Positions 18,939 through 27,916 of a stretch of DNA of 64,000 bases are shown here, one piece after another. A program made the translations under genes and the position numbers. This DNA is from Patescibacteria group bacterium (GTDB lineage Bacteria > Patescibacteriota > Microgenomatia > UBA8517), in contig JBGSJG010000005.1 in assembly GCA_041742135.1 (NCBI GenBank), positions 5,878-69,877 on the forward strand, written 5' to 3'. The notes under the pieces are model-generated. The model worked only from the letters and a program-made list of their open reading frames with translations, was not told the origin of the DNA and did not search any database. How positions within the stretch are numbered: position 1 is the first letter of the stretch; each line of letters starts with the position of its first letter.

Positions 18939-19388
18939 ATGGAAAGACATTATTACGGAAGACCAAGTAACGAAATCCCGCTTTGGCAGCAAAGCGTAGG
19001 GGTACGTAGAGCGCGCGAAAGACTGCCGATGACTTTTGGGAAGAGAATAATTGGTCTTGCAAGAGACGAGGATGGGCAAGTGTTCCCCGAAAGATATAAA
19101 GGATTTATTCTAGCCTGCACCTTCGGTGAGGAACAAGAATGTTTACTAGCACTCGTTGAAAATGAGCCGGGTGAAGAGGTTCATCCTGATGATTGCCACG
19201 AGGTTGTTCTCGAAGCGACTGGACAAATATATCCGATAGTTGGGCATTTTGAATTACGAATCGGGACTAAACAAGACAACGCAAGCTGTTACACGCTAAG
19301 CTGCCACGAGGAACTGCCTTTTGGGGTTTCAAAATTGGTTCACACAGCACTAGAAGATCAAGGTCTACGTCGCCAAGATGAGCTATAA
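18939..19388 (+). CDS. hypothetical acidic protein with paired Cys motifs (149 aa)
   Basis: ORF; CTFGEEQEC, DDCHE, CYTLSCHEE. Elevated GC. Overlaps the lysK start by 11 nt. Confidence 0.35.
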   Translation: MERHYYGRPSNEIPLWQQSVGVRRARERLPMTFGKRIIGLARDEDGQVFPERYKGFILACTFGEEQECLLALVENEPGEEVHPDDCHEVVLEATGQIYPIVGHFELRIGTKQDNASCYTLSCHEELPFGVSKLVHTALEDQGLRRQDEL

Positions 19389-20949
19389 TACGACTATGTT
19401 CTGGGCAGATGAAATTGCTGAAAAAATAATAAACTCTGGGGCGCATAAGCCTTATTGGGTTGATGACATGAAGACACCGTCTGGAGTGATCCATGTTGGC
19501 TCATTGCGTGGAGTCATGGTTCACGATTTGGTTTGCAAGGCTCTGCTCAAAAAAGGCCACGAAGCGAAGTTTACATACATCTATAACGACATCGACCCAA
19601 TGGACGGCTTACCTGTGTATCTGGATCATGATAAATTTGACCCTCACATGGGTGAGCCTCTTTATAAGATCCCTGCCCCAGATGGCAAAAGTGAAAACTT
19701 TGCTAGGCAATTTGGTAATCAATTTACCGAATCAATGCATAAAATTGGTGCTTACCCTGAAATCTTATGGTCAAGCGAACTTTACGCTAAAGGCTTATTT
19801 AATGATGTCATTCGAGAAGCTTTGGATAAAGCTGCCACAATCAGAAAAATTTACAAAGAAATTTCTGGCCAGAGCAAACCTGACGACTGGTACCCGTTTC
19901 AGGTAATTTGCCCTGAGTGTGGAAAGGTCGGAAGTACTATGGTTTACGACTGGGATGGAGAGGAAGTGAGCTACAGGTGTGAGCCGTCAATGGTCGATTG
20001 GGCGCATGGCTGCGGACACAGCGGCAAAGTCTCTCCTTTTAACGGCACGGGCAAGCTTATGTGGAAAGTTGACTGGCCAGCTCACTGGAAAGCGCTAGGT
20101 ATTACCATTGAGGGGGCAGGGAAGGACCACGCAAGTGCTGGTGGCTCCCGCGATATTGCAAAAGCGATCTGCAAGGAAGTCTTTGAAACTCCTGAGCCTT
20201 ACGACATTCCTTACGAATGGTTTTTGATAGGTGGAAAGAAAATGTCTACCTCAAAAGGTGTTGGAACAGCGGCACATGATTTTGTTGAGATAATGCCGGG
20301 AGAGCTTGGAAGATTTTTGTTTGTTCGCAACCACTTCAATAAACAAATAAACTTCGATCCGTCTGGTGACACAATTTCGTTCTTGTTTGATCTTTACGAC
20401 CAAGCGGCCAATGCTTATTGGGATAAATCGGATGAAAAATTAGCCACGATGTTTGAATATTCCCAAATGGGCGCGCTCCCCCAAAAGCATTTTTTGCCTC
20501 GTTTTAGCGATGTCGCCAAATACATCCAAGACACAAAAGTTGATATAAATGCAAAATTTGAAGAACTTAAAGGTGGCGTACTAACTGATGTGGAATCACA
20601 GGAGCTGGAAACCCGAATTAAGTTTGCCAAAATCTGGCTTAAGAAATTTGCTCCCGAGGCAGAAGTGTTTGAGCCAAAAGAAGAAATTCCGGAGGAAGCC
20701 AGAGGTTTGTCCGAGAATCAAAAAGAATACCTTAAAGTGGTGACCCAAATGCTTGGTAGTCAATGGAATCCTGAGGACCTGCAGACTGCTTTGTATGAAA
20801 AATCAAAAGAAATGGGCGTTGAGCCAAAAGAAGCTTTTGCAGCAATATACTTGGCACTAATTGGCAAAACCCACGGTCCCCGTGCAGCTTGGTTTTTATT
20901 GGAACACAAGGATCTGGCAATCAAGCGTTTTGGCGAGATTGTAATATGA
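19378..20949 (+). CDS. lysK: class I lysyl-tRNA synthetase (archaeal-type LysRS)
   Basis: HIGH-like HVGSLRG, KMSKS as KMSTSKG, Zn-binding Cys cluster (CPECGKVG ... CEPS ... HGCGH). Overall LysRS-I architecture rather than the LysS class II enzyme. Confidence 0.85.
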   Translation: MSYNTTMFWADEIAEKIINSGAHKPYWVDDMKTPSGVIHVGSLRGVMVHDLVCKALLKKGHEAKFTYIYNDIDPMDGLPVYLDHDKFDPHMGEPLYKIPAPDGKSENFARQFGNQFTESMHKIGAYPEILWSSELYAKGLFNDVIREALDKAATIRKIYKEISGQSKPDDWYPFQVICPECGKVGSTMVYDWDGEEVSYRCEPSMVDWAHGCGHSGKVSPFNGTGKLMWKVDWPAHWKALGITIEGAGKDHASAGGSRDIAKAICKEVFETPEPYDIPYEWFLIGGKKMSTSKGVGTAAHDFVEIMPGELGRFLFVRNHFNKQINFDPSGDTISFLFDLYDQAANAYWDKSDEKLATMFEYSQMGALPQKHFLPRFSDVAKYIQDTKVDINAKFEELKGGVLTDVESQELETRIKFAKIWLKKFAPEAEVFEPKEEIPEEARGLSENQKEYLKVVTQMLGSQWNPEDLQTALYEKSKEMGVEPKEAFAAIYLALIGKTHGPRAAWFLLEHKDLAIKRFGEIVI

Positions 20950-21488
20950 AAACACAAGGAATTGCCAGCTTGATTTTTCGACTAAAACAGTCGAAGCGAA
21001 AAGGGTGGTTAGATCGCGGCCTTAAGGCTGATTCGATCGCTGAGCATACCTACGGAGCCATGCTTTTGGGTTGGCTTATTTCCTCAGAAGAAAAGGCAGA
21101 TGTAAACAAAGTGGTTCAGATGCTTTTAGTTCACGATCTTGTTATGGCTAAAATGACTGACGTGACTCCATCTGGTGGAAATTATGAAGACAAAAGGGAA
21201 ATTGAAGAAAAAGCCAAAAGGGTTATTTCTGGCTTGTTGCCAATTAATTTACGAAAAACATATATCCAATTGTTTGACGAGTTTAGTGCACAAAAAACTC
21301 TCGATTCTAAAGTTGCTCGTGAAGCGGATAAGCTAGAGACGCTATTCCAAGGCGAAGCGTTTGAGATGGAAACGGGCAGAAGCGATATTTTGGATGAATT
21401 TCTTAAGACTTATCAAACAATCTTTACAACCAAATCGGGAAAAGATCTTTACGAAGAAATTGCTTTGAGACATAATACGAGGAAATGA
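20946..21488 (+). CDS. HD-domain hydrolase (YfbR-like 5'-deoxynucleotidase family)
   Basis: AEHTYGAMLLGWL ... LLVHDLVMAKMTDVTP ... READKLETL (H...HD...D motif). ATGA overlap with the lysK stop. Confidence 0.6.
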   Translation: MKTQGIASLIFRLKQSKRKGWLDRGLKADSIAEHTYGAMLLGWLISSEEKADVNKVVQMLLVHDLVMAKMTDVTPSGGNYEDKREIEEKAKRVISGLLPINLRKTYIQLFDEFSAQKTLDSKVAREADKLETLFQGEAFEMETGRSDILDEFLKTYQTIFTTKSGKDLYEEIALRHNTRK

Positions 21489-22057
21489 CACGAGACCAAG
21501 CCGTCGAACTGCTTCACACTCATATGCAAAATGTTAATTTGCGCCGTCACTGCTATGCCGTTGAGGTAGTGATGAGAGAGTTGGCCAAGCGATTTGGTGA
21601 AGATCCTGAGGTTTGGGGAATAGCGGGATTATTGCACGATGCAGACTATGAGGAGCTTAAGGGAACAGAAAATGTAACAACGGACCACACCAAGCTCACT
21701 ATCGAGTGGATAAAAAAACTTGATGCTTCGGTCGACATAACCGAGGCTATAGCAGCTCATGCGTGGGGATACGTCACAGATGCTCCACAACCTACGACCA
21801 AAATGCAGTGGTCACTCTACTGCTGTGATGAGTTAACTGGATTAATTGTGGCAGTGGCTTTGGTCAAGCCCGATCGCAAGCTTTCCTCTGTTACTGTTGA
21901 GTCGATCATGAAAAAGTGGAACGAAAAAAGCTTTGCGGCTGGTGCCAATCGCGATCAAATCAAGCAGTGTGAGGCTAGACTTAAAATAAACTTAACTGAT
22001 TTTGTAAGAATTTCTTTAACTGCAATGCAATCAATTGCTCCAAAACTAGGATTGTAG
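21485..22057 (+). CDS. HD/HDIG-domain phosphohydrolase
   Basis: RRHCYAVEVVMRELA ... GLLHDADYE ... AAHAW. ATGA overlap with the preceding gene. Confidence 0.65.
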   Translation: MTRDQAVELLHTHMQNVNLRRHCYAVEVVMRELAKRFGEDPEVWGIAGLLHDADYEELKGTENVTTDHTKLTIEWIKKLDASVDITEAIAAHAWGYVTDAPQPTTKMQWSLYCCDELTGLIVAVALVKPDRKLSSVTVESIMKKWNEKSFAAGANRDQIKQCEARLKINLTDFVRISLTAMQSIAPKLGL

Positions 22058-22070
22058 TAGAATTCGCTTC

Positions 22071-22463
22071 ATGACAGTCGAAGGCGCACCGGGTTTACCT
22101 AAAGAAATTATTCAAGCTGTGAATGACGAACGAAACACGATTGTGGCAATGATTACTGGGCCAGGACCTTTAGCTGAGTTGATTACCCCAGAAAATTTCC
22201 CCCATATTTCACAGCATGCACCTAAGGCGTTTGCTGCTTTGCAAAAATGGGGAACCCAGAATTTTGAGAATGATCAATTAAGACAAGGAGTGTTAGATAA
22301 TTTTCCCGAGATGAGAGTATGGCCAAATGGTGAAGAACAAAGCGTTTTTGTCACCGCCGCATTGTTGGGTAAAGGAGATGAGGCACTTGAAAAGCTAAAA
22401 GAAGATCATGCAAAAAGACTAGCTACCCGCACTCAAGCTGGATTTGCAAAAACACAAGGATGA
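22071..22463 (+). CDS. hypothetical protein (130 aa)
   Basis: ORF with consistent codon usage; no motif recognised. Confidence 0.4.
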   Translation: MTVEGAPGLPKEIIQAVNDERNTIVAMITGPGPLAELITPENFPHISQHAPKAFAALQKWGTQNFENDQLRQGVLDNFPEMRVWPNGEEQSVFVTAALLGKGDEALEKLKEDHAKRLATRTQAGFAKTQG

Positions 22464-22484
22464 CCTTGTGCTACAATAGGCTCA

Positions 22485-23765
22485 ATGATAGATATAGAGC
22501 TTCTTCGAGAAAACCCAGACAAATACAGACAGGCCACGGCAAATAAGCAGAAGGATGTTGGCTTGATTGATGCAGTACTTAATTTAGACGAGAAGCGCCG
22601 CAAGTTGATTGGCGAAATAGAAGCGCTTCGTGCTCGTCGAAATGTCATAGCCCGCGAAGGCAAGGCATCCGATGAAGGCAAGAAAGTTAAGCTTGAATTA
22701 AAAGACAAAGAACCGGAATTAAAGTCGATCGAAGAAGAACTCCAAATTAGCCTTGGTAAAGTGCCTAATATTCATTCTGAAGATACGCCAATTGGCAAAG
22801 ATGAGTCGGAGAATAAAGTAATCCGAAGTTGGGGTGAACCAACTAAGTTCGATTTTGAGCCAAAAGACCATGTCGCTTTAGGAGAAGCCTTGGGAGTTAT
22901 TGAAATCGAGAAAGCGACAAAGGTTACTGCATCGAGATTTGCTTACCTGATGGGAGATTTGGCCAGGTTGGAGTTTGCATTAGTACAATTCGCATTTGAT
23001 ACATTAACTGACCCCGCAACTCTCAAAAAGATTGCCGACTCGGTTGAACCCGGATATAATCCTAAGCCATTTATTCCCGTAGTGCCACCGGTCATGATGC
23101 GCCCGGAAGTTATGGCAAGAATGGCTCGCCTTGAGCCTAAAGAAGAACGCTATTATATTCCCCAGGCAGATTTATACCTGGTCGGTAGCGCCGAGCACAC
23201 ACTTGGGCCACTTCACATGGACGAGACACTTTCTGAAAAAGAATTACCAATCAGATATGTTGGTTTTTCTACAAGTTTTAGGGAAGAAGCGGGAAGCTAC
23301 GGAAAGGACATGAGAGGCATCTTTCGACTTCACCAATTCGATAAAGTTGAAATGGAATCTTTTTGTCTTCCTGAGAATTCGTTGAAGGAGCAAGATTTCT
23401 TTATAGCGATCCAAGAGTACATGATGCAAAGCTTGGGTATTCCCTACCAAGTGGTTCAAATTTGTACTGGGGATATGGGGGGACCAGACTATCGCCAAAT
23501 CGACATCGAATCGTGGATGCCTGGGCAAAATAAGTATCGAGAGACTCACACATCGGACTTAATGACTGATTATCAGGCTAGAAGGCTCAATACTAAGGTG
23601 AACAGAGGTGATAGAACTGAATATGTACACATGAATGACGCAACATTTTGTTCGACCAATAGACCATTAATTGCCATCATGGAGAATTATCAACAGGAAG
23701 ACGGCTCGATCTTAATTCCGGAAGTGTTAAGAAAGTGGATGGGGAAAGACCGAATAACTAGATAA
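22485..23765 (+). CDS. serS: seryl-tRNA synthetase
   Basis: N-terminal coiled-coil arm; class II motifs FREE, GIFRLHQFDKVE, YRQIDIESW. Confidence 0.93.
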   Translation: MIDIELLRENPDKYRQATANKQKDVGLIDAVLNLDEKRRKLIGEIEALRARRNVIAREGKASDEGKKVKLELKDKEPELKSIEEELQISLGKVPNIHSEDTPIGKDESENKVIRSWGEPTKFDFEPKDHVALGEALGVIEIEKATKVTASRFAYLMGDLARLEFALVQFAFDTLTDPATLKKIADSVEPGYNPKPFIPVVPPVMMRPEVMARMARLEPKEERYYIPQADLYLVGSAEHTLGPLHMDETLSEKELPIRYVGFSTSFREEAGSYGKDMRGIFRLHQFDKVEMESFCLPENSLKEQDFFIAIQEYMMQSLGIPYQVVQICTGDMGGPDYRQIDIESWMPGQNKYRETHTSDLMTDYQARRLNTKVNRGDRTEYVHMNDATFCSTNRPLIAIMENYQQEDGSILIPEVLRKWMGKDRITR

Positions 23766-23952
23766 CTAGCTCGTAACCTGCTTTTTCGACGACTTCTTTA
23801 ATTTTTTCAATGTTAACTTGGTCTTTTTCAACCACAAGATTTTGGTTTGCATAGGAGCACTTGGCCGATACTCCTGCATCCTCCAAATCAAGCTCGATCA
23901 TGGCCGCACAACTGGCACAGTGCATCCCATTTATTTTGTAAGTTTTCTTCAT
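23758..23952 (-). CDS. copZ: heavy-metal-associated (HMA) copper chaperone
   Basis: [12 protein letters not shown] metal-binding motif; 64 aa ferredoxin-like fold. Confidence 0.8.
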   Translation of the reverse strand: MKKTYKINGMHCASCAAMIELDLEDAGVSAKCSYANQNLVVEKDQVNIEKIKEVVEKAGYELVI

Positions 23953-24939
23953 CTAAATTACATCAAAATAACCTGAATACATCCCCATACTGCATGTGTA
24001 TACAAGCCTGCCCTTTTGCGTGGGGGTAAAAGATATTGTTTCGCTGCCCGTTGGCTTTAAAGTCTTTCGGATACCAAGTTTAGGAATAGTAAAAGCAATC
24101 GCGCAGCTGTATACCTCGTTTGTTTTTAGGGTTAGTTCTACCGGAACTCCAGCTTTCAGTGTGGAAACATCGGATTTATAACCATCGTAAGAAACTTCAA
24201 TAAAAGCTTGTTGTTTCCCATTAACCTCGTTTGCAACTTGGCCGCTTAATTCTGAGGGCTTAACGACCGATAGATAATTTTCAAATGTATGGATTGATCC
24301 ACGAAGCGTTTGTCCCGAATTAATCGAAACCAAGCCTAAAATTAAAATTACAAACGATGCGATGTACAAAAAAGCCTTTCTGTTCATAAGTTTTGAAGCG
24401 GATAGTCCAAGTACGCCAAAGATAGGTGTGGTTCCGAGTGTAAAGGCCAGCATTATTCCGGCTGCCCAAAAGGCACTTCCTGAGGCTACAGCTAATACCA
24501 TCATGCCTTGGGTAATTCCACACGGGATAAGAACAGTTAGTGCTCCAAGCATGGCGGGTGCAAAATATTCGCCTGTTTTTGATTTGTTTCGTGCGAGTTT
24601 GTAGAAAGCCTTGGGAGGCCTGAGCACGAACTTTTTAAATATTGGATGGACATTTAAAAGATTCGCAGCAGTTATGAGCATGTACACCCCAGCTACAATC
24701 TGCATCCACCCTTGTACTGTGGGAGTTATGGTTAATGCAGACCCAAGTGCTCCAAGTAATAGTCCAAGAATCCCATAGGCAATAATCTTAGCTATTAAAA
24801 ACATTCCCACCAAAGCTTTGCTTGACTGATCTGGACGCTTTTGGCTGACTGCTGATGCCAAAAGTCCACCTTGGACTGCAAGGCACGAGACTCCGCCCGT
24901 GGTTAGTCCAGTCAAAAAAGCCAGCCAAAGAGAATTCAT
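23953..24939 (-). CDS. TauE/SafE- or DsbD/HupE-like metal-transport permease with a C-terminal soluble Cys-containing (cupredoxin-like?) domain
   Basis: N-terminal LTGLTTGGVSCLAVQGGLL motif, 6-7 TM helices, C-terminal YSCAIAF ... YTCSMGMYSGYF. Co-operonic with copZ and divergent from csoR-copA. Confidence 0.5.
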   Translation of the reverse strand: MNSLWLAFLTGLTTGGVSCLAVQGGLLASAVSQKRPDQSSKALVGMFLIAKIIAYGILGLLLGALGSALTITPTVQGWMQIVAGVYMLITAANLLNVHPIFKKFVLRPPKAFYKLARNKSKTGEYFAPAMLGALTVLIPCGITQGMMVLAVASGSAFWAAGIMLAFTLGTTPIFGVLGLSASKLMNRKAFLYIASFVILILGLVSINSGQTLRGSIHTFENYLSVVKPSELSGQVANEVNGKQQAFIEVSYDGYKSDVSTLKAGVPVELTLKTNEVYSCAIAFTIPKLGIRKTLKPTGSETISFTPTQKGRLVYTCSMGMYSGYFDVI

Positions 24940-24942
24940 AGG

Positions 24943-24995
24943 TTGACATTAGTATCTTATGCACATAATATATTGTCAATCCCCCATAGGGGGAT
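24943..24995. promoter_or_regulatory. overlapping divergent promoters plus a CsoR-type operator (ATCCCCC-ATA-GGGGGAT)
   Basis: Plus-strand TTGACA(24943)-17-TAATAT(24966). Minus-strand TTGACA (rc of 24974-24979)-17-GATACT (rc of 24951-24956). Perfect 7-3-7 GC palindrome at 24979-24995. Confidence 0.55.
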
Positions 24996-25001
24996 GAAAA
25001 T

Positions 25002-25280
25002 ATGCCAAGGGGAATTCCTAAAACAAAAACCTTTCAAAGGGACATGCTTCATGCAATGAAAATTGCGAGCGGACACTTAAATAAGGTTGTTTCGATGATG
25101 GAGAGGGACGAATACTGTATAGATATCGTTCATCAGTCAAAAGCTGTTCAGGCAGCCTTAAAAAAAATTGACGAGCGGATTTTAGAAAACCATATTCGCC
25201 ATTGTGTGGCGCACGAAGTATCTATAGGAAACGCGGAAAGTATCGCCAACGAGCTCGTTTCAGTAATTAAAAAATCATGA
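25002..25280 (+). CDS. csoR: CsoR/RcnR-family copper-sensing transcriptional repressor
   Basis: DEYCIDIVHQSKAVQAAL ... ENHIRHCV gives the C-H-C metal ligands of CsoR. Confidence 0.8.
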   Translation: MPRGIPKTKTFQRDMLHAMKIASGHLNKVVSMMERDEYCIDIVHQSKAVQAALKKIDERILENHIRHCVAHEVSIGNAESIANELVSVIKKS

Positions 25281-25393
25281 CAATCGACAAAATAATTGTC
25301 ACAGTCCTCGGCGTAATCGTTTCTGTTTTTATTTATTGGTTTTTTCTTGGTAAAAAGGACGACCCGAAAAACGGATTACATGACCACCACTAA
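25277..25393 (+). CDS. 38-aa hydrophobic mini-protein with a His-rich tail ([38 protein letters not shown])
   Basis: Not in the ORF track (<60 aa). ATGA overlap with the csoR stop and 14-nt overlap with the copA start. One TM helix plus C-terminal HDHH. Confidence 0.25.
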   Translation: MTIDKIIVTVLGVIVSVFIYWFFLGKKDDPKNGLHDHH

Positions 25394-27611
25394 AAAATCA
25401 TTTCCAGTTATGGGTATGCACTGCGCAAGCTGTGCCAACCTTATCGAGAGAAGCTTGAAAAAAGTTCCCGGCGTAGAAGATGCCTCGGTCAATTATGCGT
25501 CTGAACAAGCGAGCGTGTCGCTTGACCCCGATGTTGCAACAGACAGTTCACTGGAATTGGCTGTCAAATCAGCTGGTTATAGTGCAATTCTTGGAAGTGA
25601 AGAAAAAAATGGTGGAACATCTGATGAACTTAAGAAATCAGAAAAATTAAAACAACTTCGTGAGCTTAAAACTAAAGTGTTAGTTTCCGTAGCGATATTA
25701 ATAGTGGTCTTTTTGGGTAGTTTTCCTGAATGGTTCGGGTTTGTTCCTAATTTTTTTAATGACCCACTGCACCTTATGATTTTAGCTGGCATTGTTCAGT
25801 TTTGGGGAGGAAAAGAGTTTTATTTGGCAACCCTTTCGGGCTTAAAAAACCGAACTGCAAGCATGGACACTTTGATTGCGATTGGGACAACATTTGCGTG
25901 GGTATATTCGGCAATACTCGCACTTTTTTATAAGCAACTTATGGAAGCGGATTTCCCGATGATGATGTACTTTGACACTTCATCTGTTGTAGTAACCCTG
26001 ATCCTAGTCGGTAGATATTTTGAGGCGCGGGCCAAGCAAAACACAGGAAGTGCAATTGAAAAATTACTTGGCATGGGGGCAAAAACTGCAAGAGTAGTTC
26101 GTGATGGTGAGGAGGTTGATGTTCCGATCTCGGAGGTTAAAGTTGGAGACATTGTTCGTGTTCGTCCCGGAGAGAAAATTCCTGTTGACGGAAAAATTGT
26201 AAGCGGATTTAGCGCTGTTGACGAATCGATGGTTACGGGCGAGGCTGTTCCTGTGGATAAATTTGAAGGAGATATCGTAATCGGGGCAACTCTCAACAAA
26301 GCTGGTACTTTTTTGTTTGAAGCCACGCAGGTAGGATCTGGCACAATGCTAAGCCAGATCGTGAAAATGGTCAATGATGCCCAAAGTTCCCGCGCACCCA
26401 TAGCACGGCTGGCAGACGTCGTGTCTTCTTATTTTGTCCCCGCAGTTTTGATTATTGCTGTGTTCACCTTTGTAGTTTGGTACGACTTCGGCACTTTTAC
26501 CCAGGCTCTCACAAATACGATTGCCGTTTTGGTAATCGCGTGCCCTTGTGCATTGGGCCTTGCGACACCCACCGCTATTATGGTCGGTACTGGCCGGGGA
26601 GCTCAAAAAGGGATACTTATTAAAAATGCAGAGAGTCTTGAGTTGGCAAATAAAATCAAAACAATAGTCTTTGATAAGACAGGAACATTAACGAAAGGAA
26701 AGCCTGTGGTAACGGATATAGTTTTGGCTCCTGATTCGAATATGACTGAAAGTGGGGTGCTTGGTCTTGCGGCTTCACTCGAGGTTGGCTCTGAACATGC
26801 TCTTGGCGAGGCGATAATAACAAAAGCTAAAGAAGAAGAGATTGAGCTTGTGTCGGCTAAAAACTTCAAAGCACATCCCGGCCTAGGTGTGGAGGGCACT
26901 GTGATTGGAAAGGGTGCATTTGTTGGCAATAGGGCGCTCTTGGAAGAACAAAAAATTTCTTACAGCCAAGTTGAAGGACAAATAAAAAAACTCGAAGAAG
27001 AAGGGAAAACGGTAGTTTTGGTGGCGAGTGAAAAACTGGAGGGAATCATCGCAATTGCAGATACACCAAAACCATCATCTAAAGATCTTGTTACAGCTTT
27101 AACGGCAAAAAAAATTACAGTTTGGATGTTGACCGGAGATAATAAAATAACTGCATCCGCAATTGCCAAAAAATTAGGAATAGCGAATGTGTTGGCTGGA
27201 GTTCGCCCCGAAGAGAAAGCGCAGAAGATCAGGCAACTACAGTCTTCATCTGGTGGAGTAGTTGCATTTGTCGGAGACGGTGTAAATGATGCACCAGCCT
27301 TGGCTTCTGCGGACGTAGGAATTGCTATGGGCACGGGAACCGATGTAGCTATTGAGTCGGCCGGTATTACACTCCTTAACAAAAACCTTAATACCGTGCT
27401 TTCAGCGATTGAATTGAGTCAGAAAACTCTCGCCATAATTAAACAAAATTTATTCTGGGCATTTGGCTATAATGTGGTTTTAATTCCCGTGGCCATGGGT
27501 GTTTTGTACCCTATTTTTAGGATCTCGCTTGATCCTGCCTTGGCGGCCTTTGCAATGGCAGCAAGTTCTTTGTCGGTGCTTGGAAATTCACTTAGGTTGA
27601 AAAGAGCTTAA
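25380..27611 (+). CDS. copA: copper-translocating P1B-type ATPase
   Basis: N-terminal [18 protein letters not shown] in TM6, DKTGTLT phosphorylation site, [10 protein letters not shown] hinge. ATG at 25380 preferred over the upstream in-frame start at 25347. Confidence 0.93.
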   Translation: MTTTKKSFPVMGMHCASCANLIERSLKKVPGVEDASVNYASEQASVSLDPDVATDSSLELAVKSAGYSAILGSEEKNGGTSDELKKSEKLKQLRELKTKVLVSVAILIVVFLGSFPEWFGFVPNFFNDPLHLMILAGIVQFWGGKEFYLATLSGLKNRTASMDTLIAIGTTFAWVYSAILALFYKQLMEADFPMMMYFDTSSVVVTLILVGRYFEARAKQNTGSAIEKLLGMGAKTARVVRDGEEVDVPISEVKVGDIVRVRPGEKIPVDGKIVSGFSAVDESMVTGEAVPVDKFEGDIVIGATLNKAGTFLFEATQVGSGTMLSQIVKMVNDAQSSRAPIARLADVVSSYFVPAVLIIAVFTFVVWYDFGTFTQALTNTIAVLVIACPCALGLATPTAIMVGTGRGAQKGILIKNAESLELANKIKTIVFDKTGTLTKGKPVVTDIVLAPDSNMTESGVLGLAASLEVGSEHALGEAIITKAKEEEIELVSAKNFKAHPGLGVEGTVIGKGAFVGNRALLEEQKISYSQVEGQIKKLEEEGKTVVLVASEKLEGIIAIADTPKPSSKDLVTALTAKKITVWMLTGDNKITASAIAKKLGIANVLAGVRPEEKAQKIRQLQSSSGGVVAFVGDGVNDAPALASADVGIAMGTGTDVAIESAGITLLNKNLNTVLSAIELSQKTLAIIKQNLFWAFGYNVVLIPVAMGVLYPIFRISLDPALAAFAMAASSLSVLGNSLRLKRA

Positions 27612-27667
27612 GGTTAACTAACTCTTTCTGTTGACGCGACTAAAACTGGTGTTATCATTGGCCAGAT

Positions 27668-27916
27668 ATGGATTGTGAGAGAATTACTACTGACCTGCTC
27701 GTTGAGGGGTGCCAGAGTGCTGGCTGTTCTTTTGCTCAAGAAGGGGACGACGGATTTGTTAAGTGCGCGAAGTTTGATTTAGAAGGTTTAAGACAGCGGT
27801 TGGGGTTACAAGGAAAAGGATGTGCTGACGCGGGTATTAAAACTGAAAAAGGAGTCATCGACGCACTTTATCTAGAAGGCCGATTAATTCCTGTCATGTC
27901 TCGTAAGACAGCTTAG
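27668..27916 (+). CDS. hypothetical small Cys-rich protein (82 aa)
   Basis: ORF preceded by TTGACG-16-TATCAT. Five Cys, GC about 47-50%. Confidence 0.3.
   Translation: MDCERITTDLLVEGCQSAGCSFAQEGDDGFVKCAKFDLEGLRQRLGLQGKGCADAGIKTEKGVIDALYLEGRLIPVMSRKTA

Noticed and set aside
25577-27382. Several minus-strand ORFs (71-157 aa) inside copA
   Set aside because: Ser/Thr/Pro-rich antisense frames of a canonical P-type ATPase gene.
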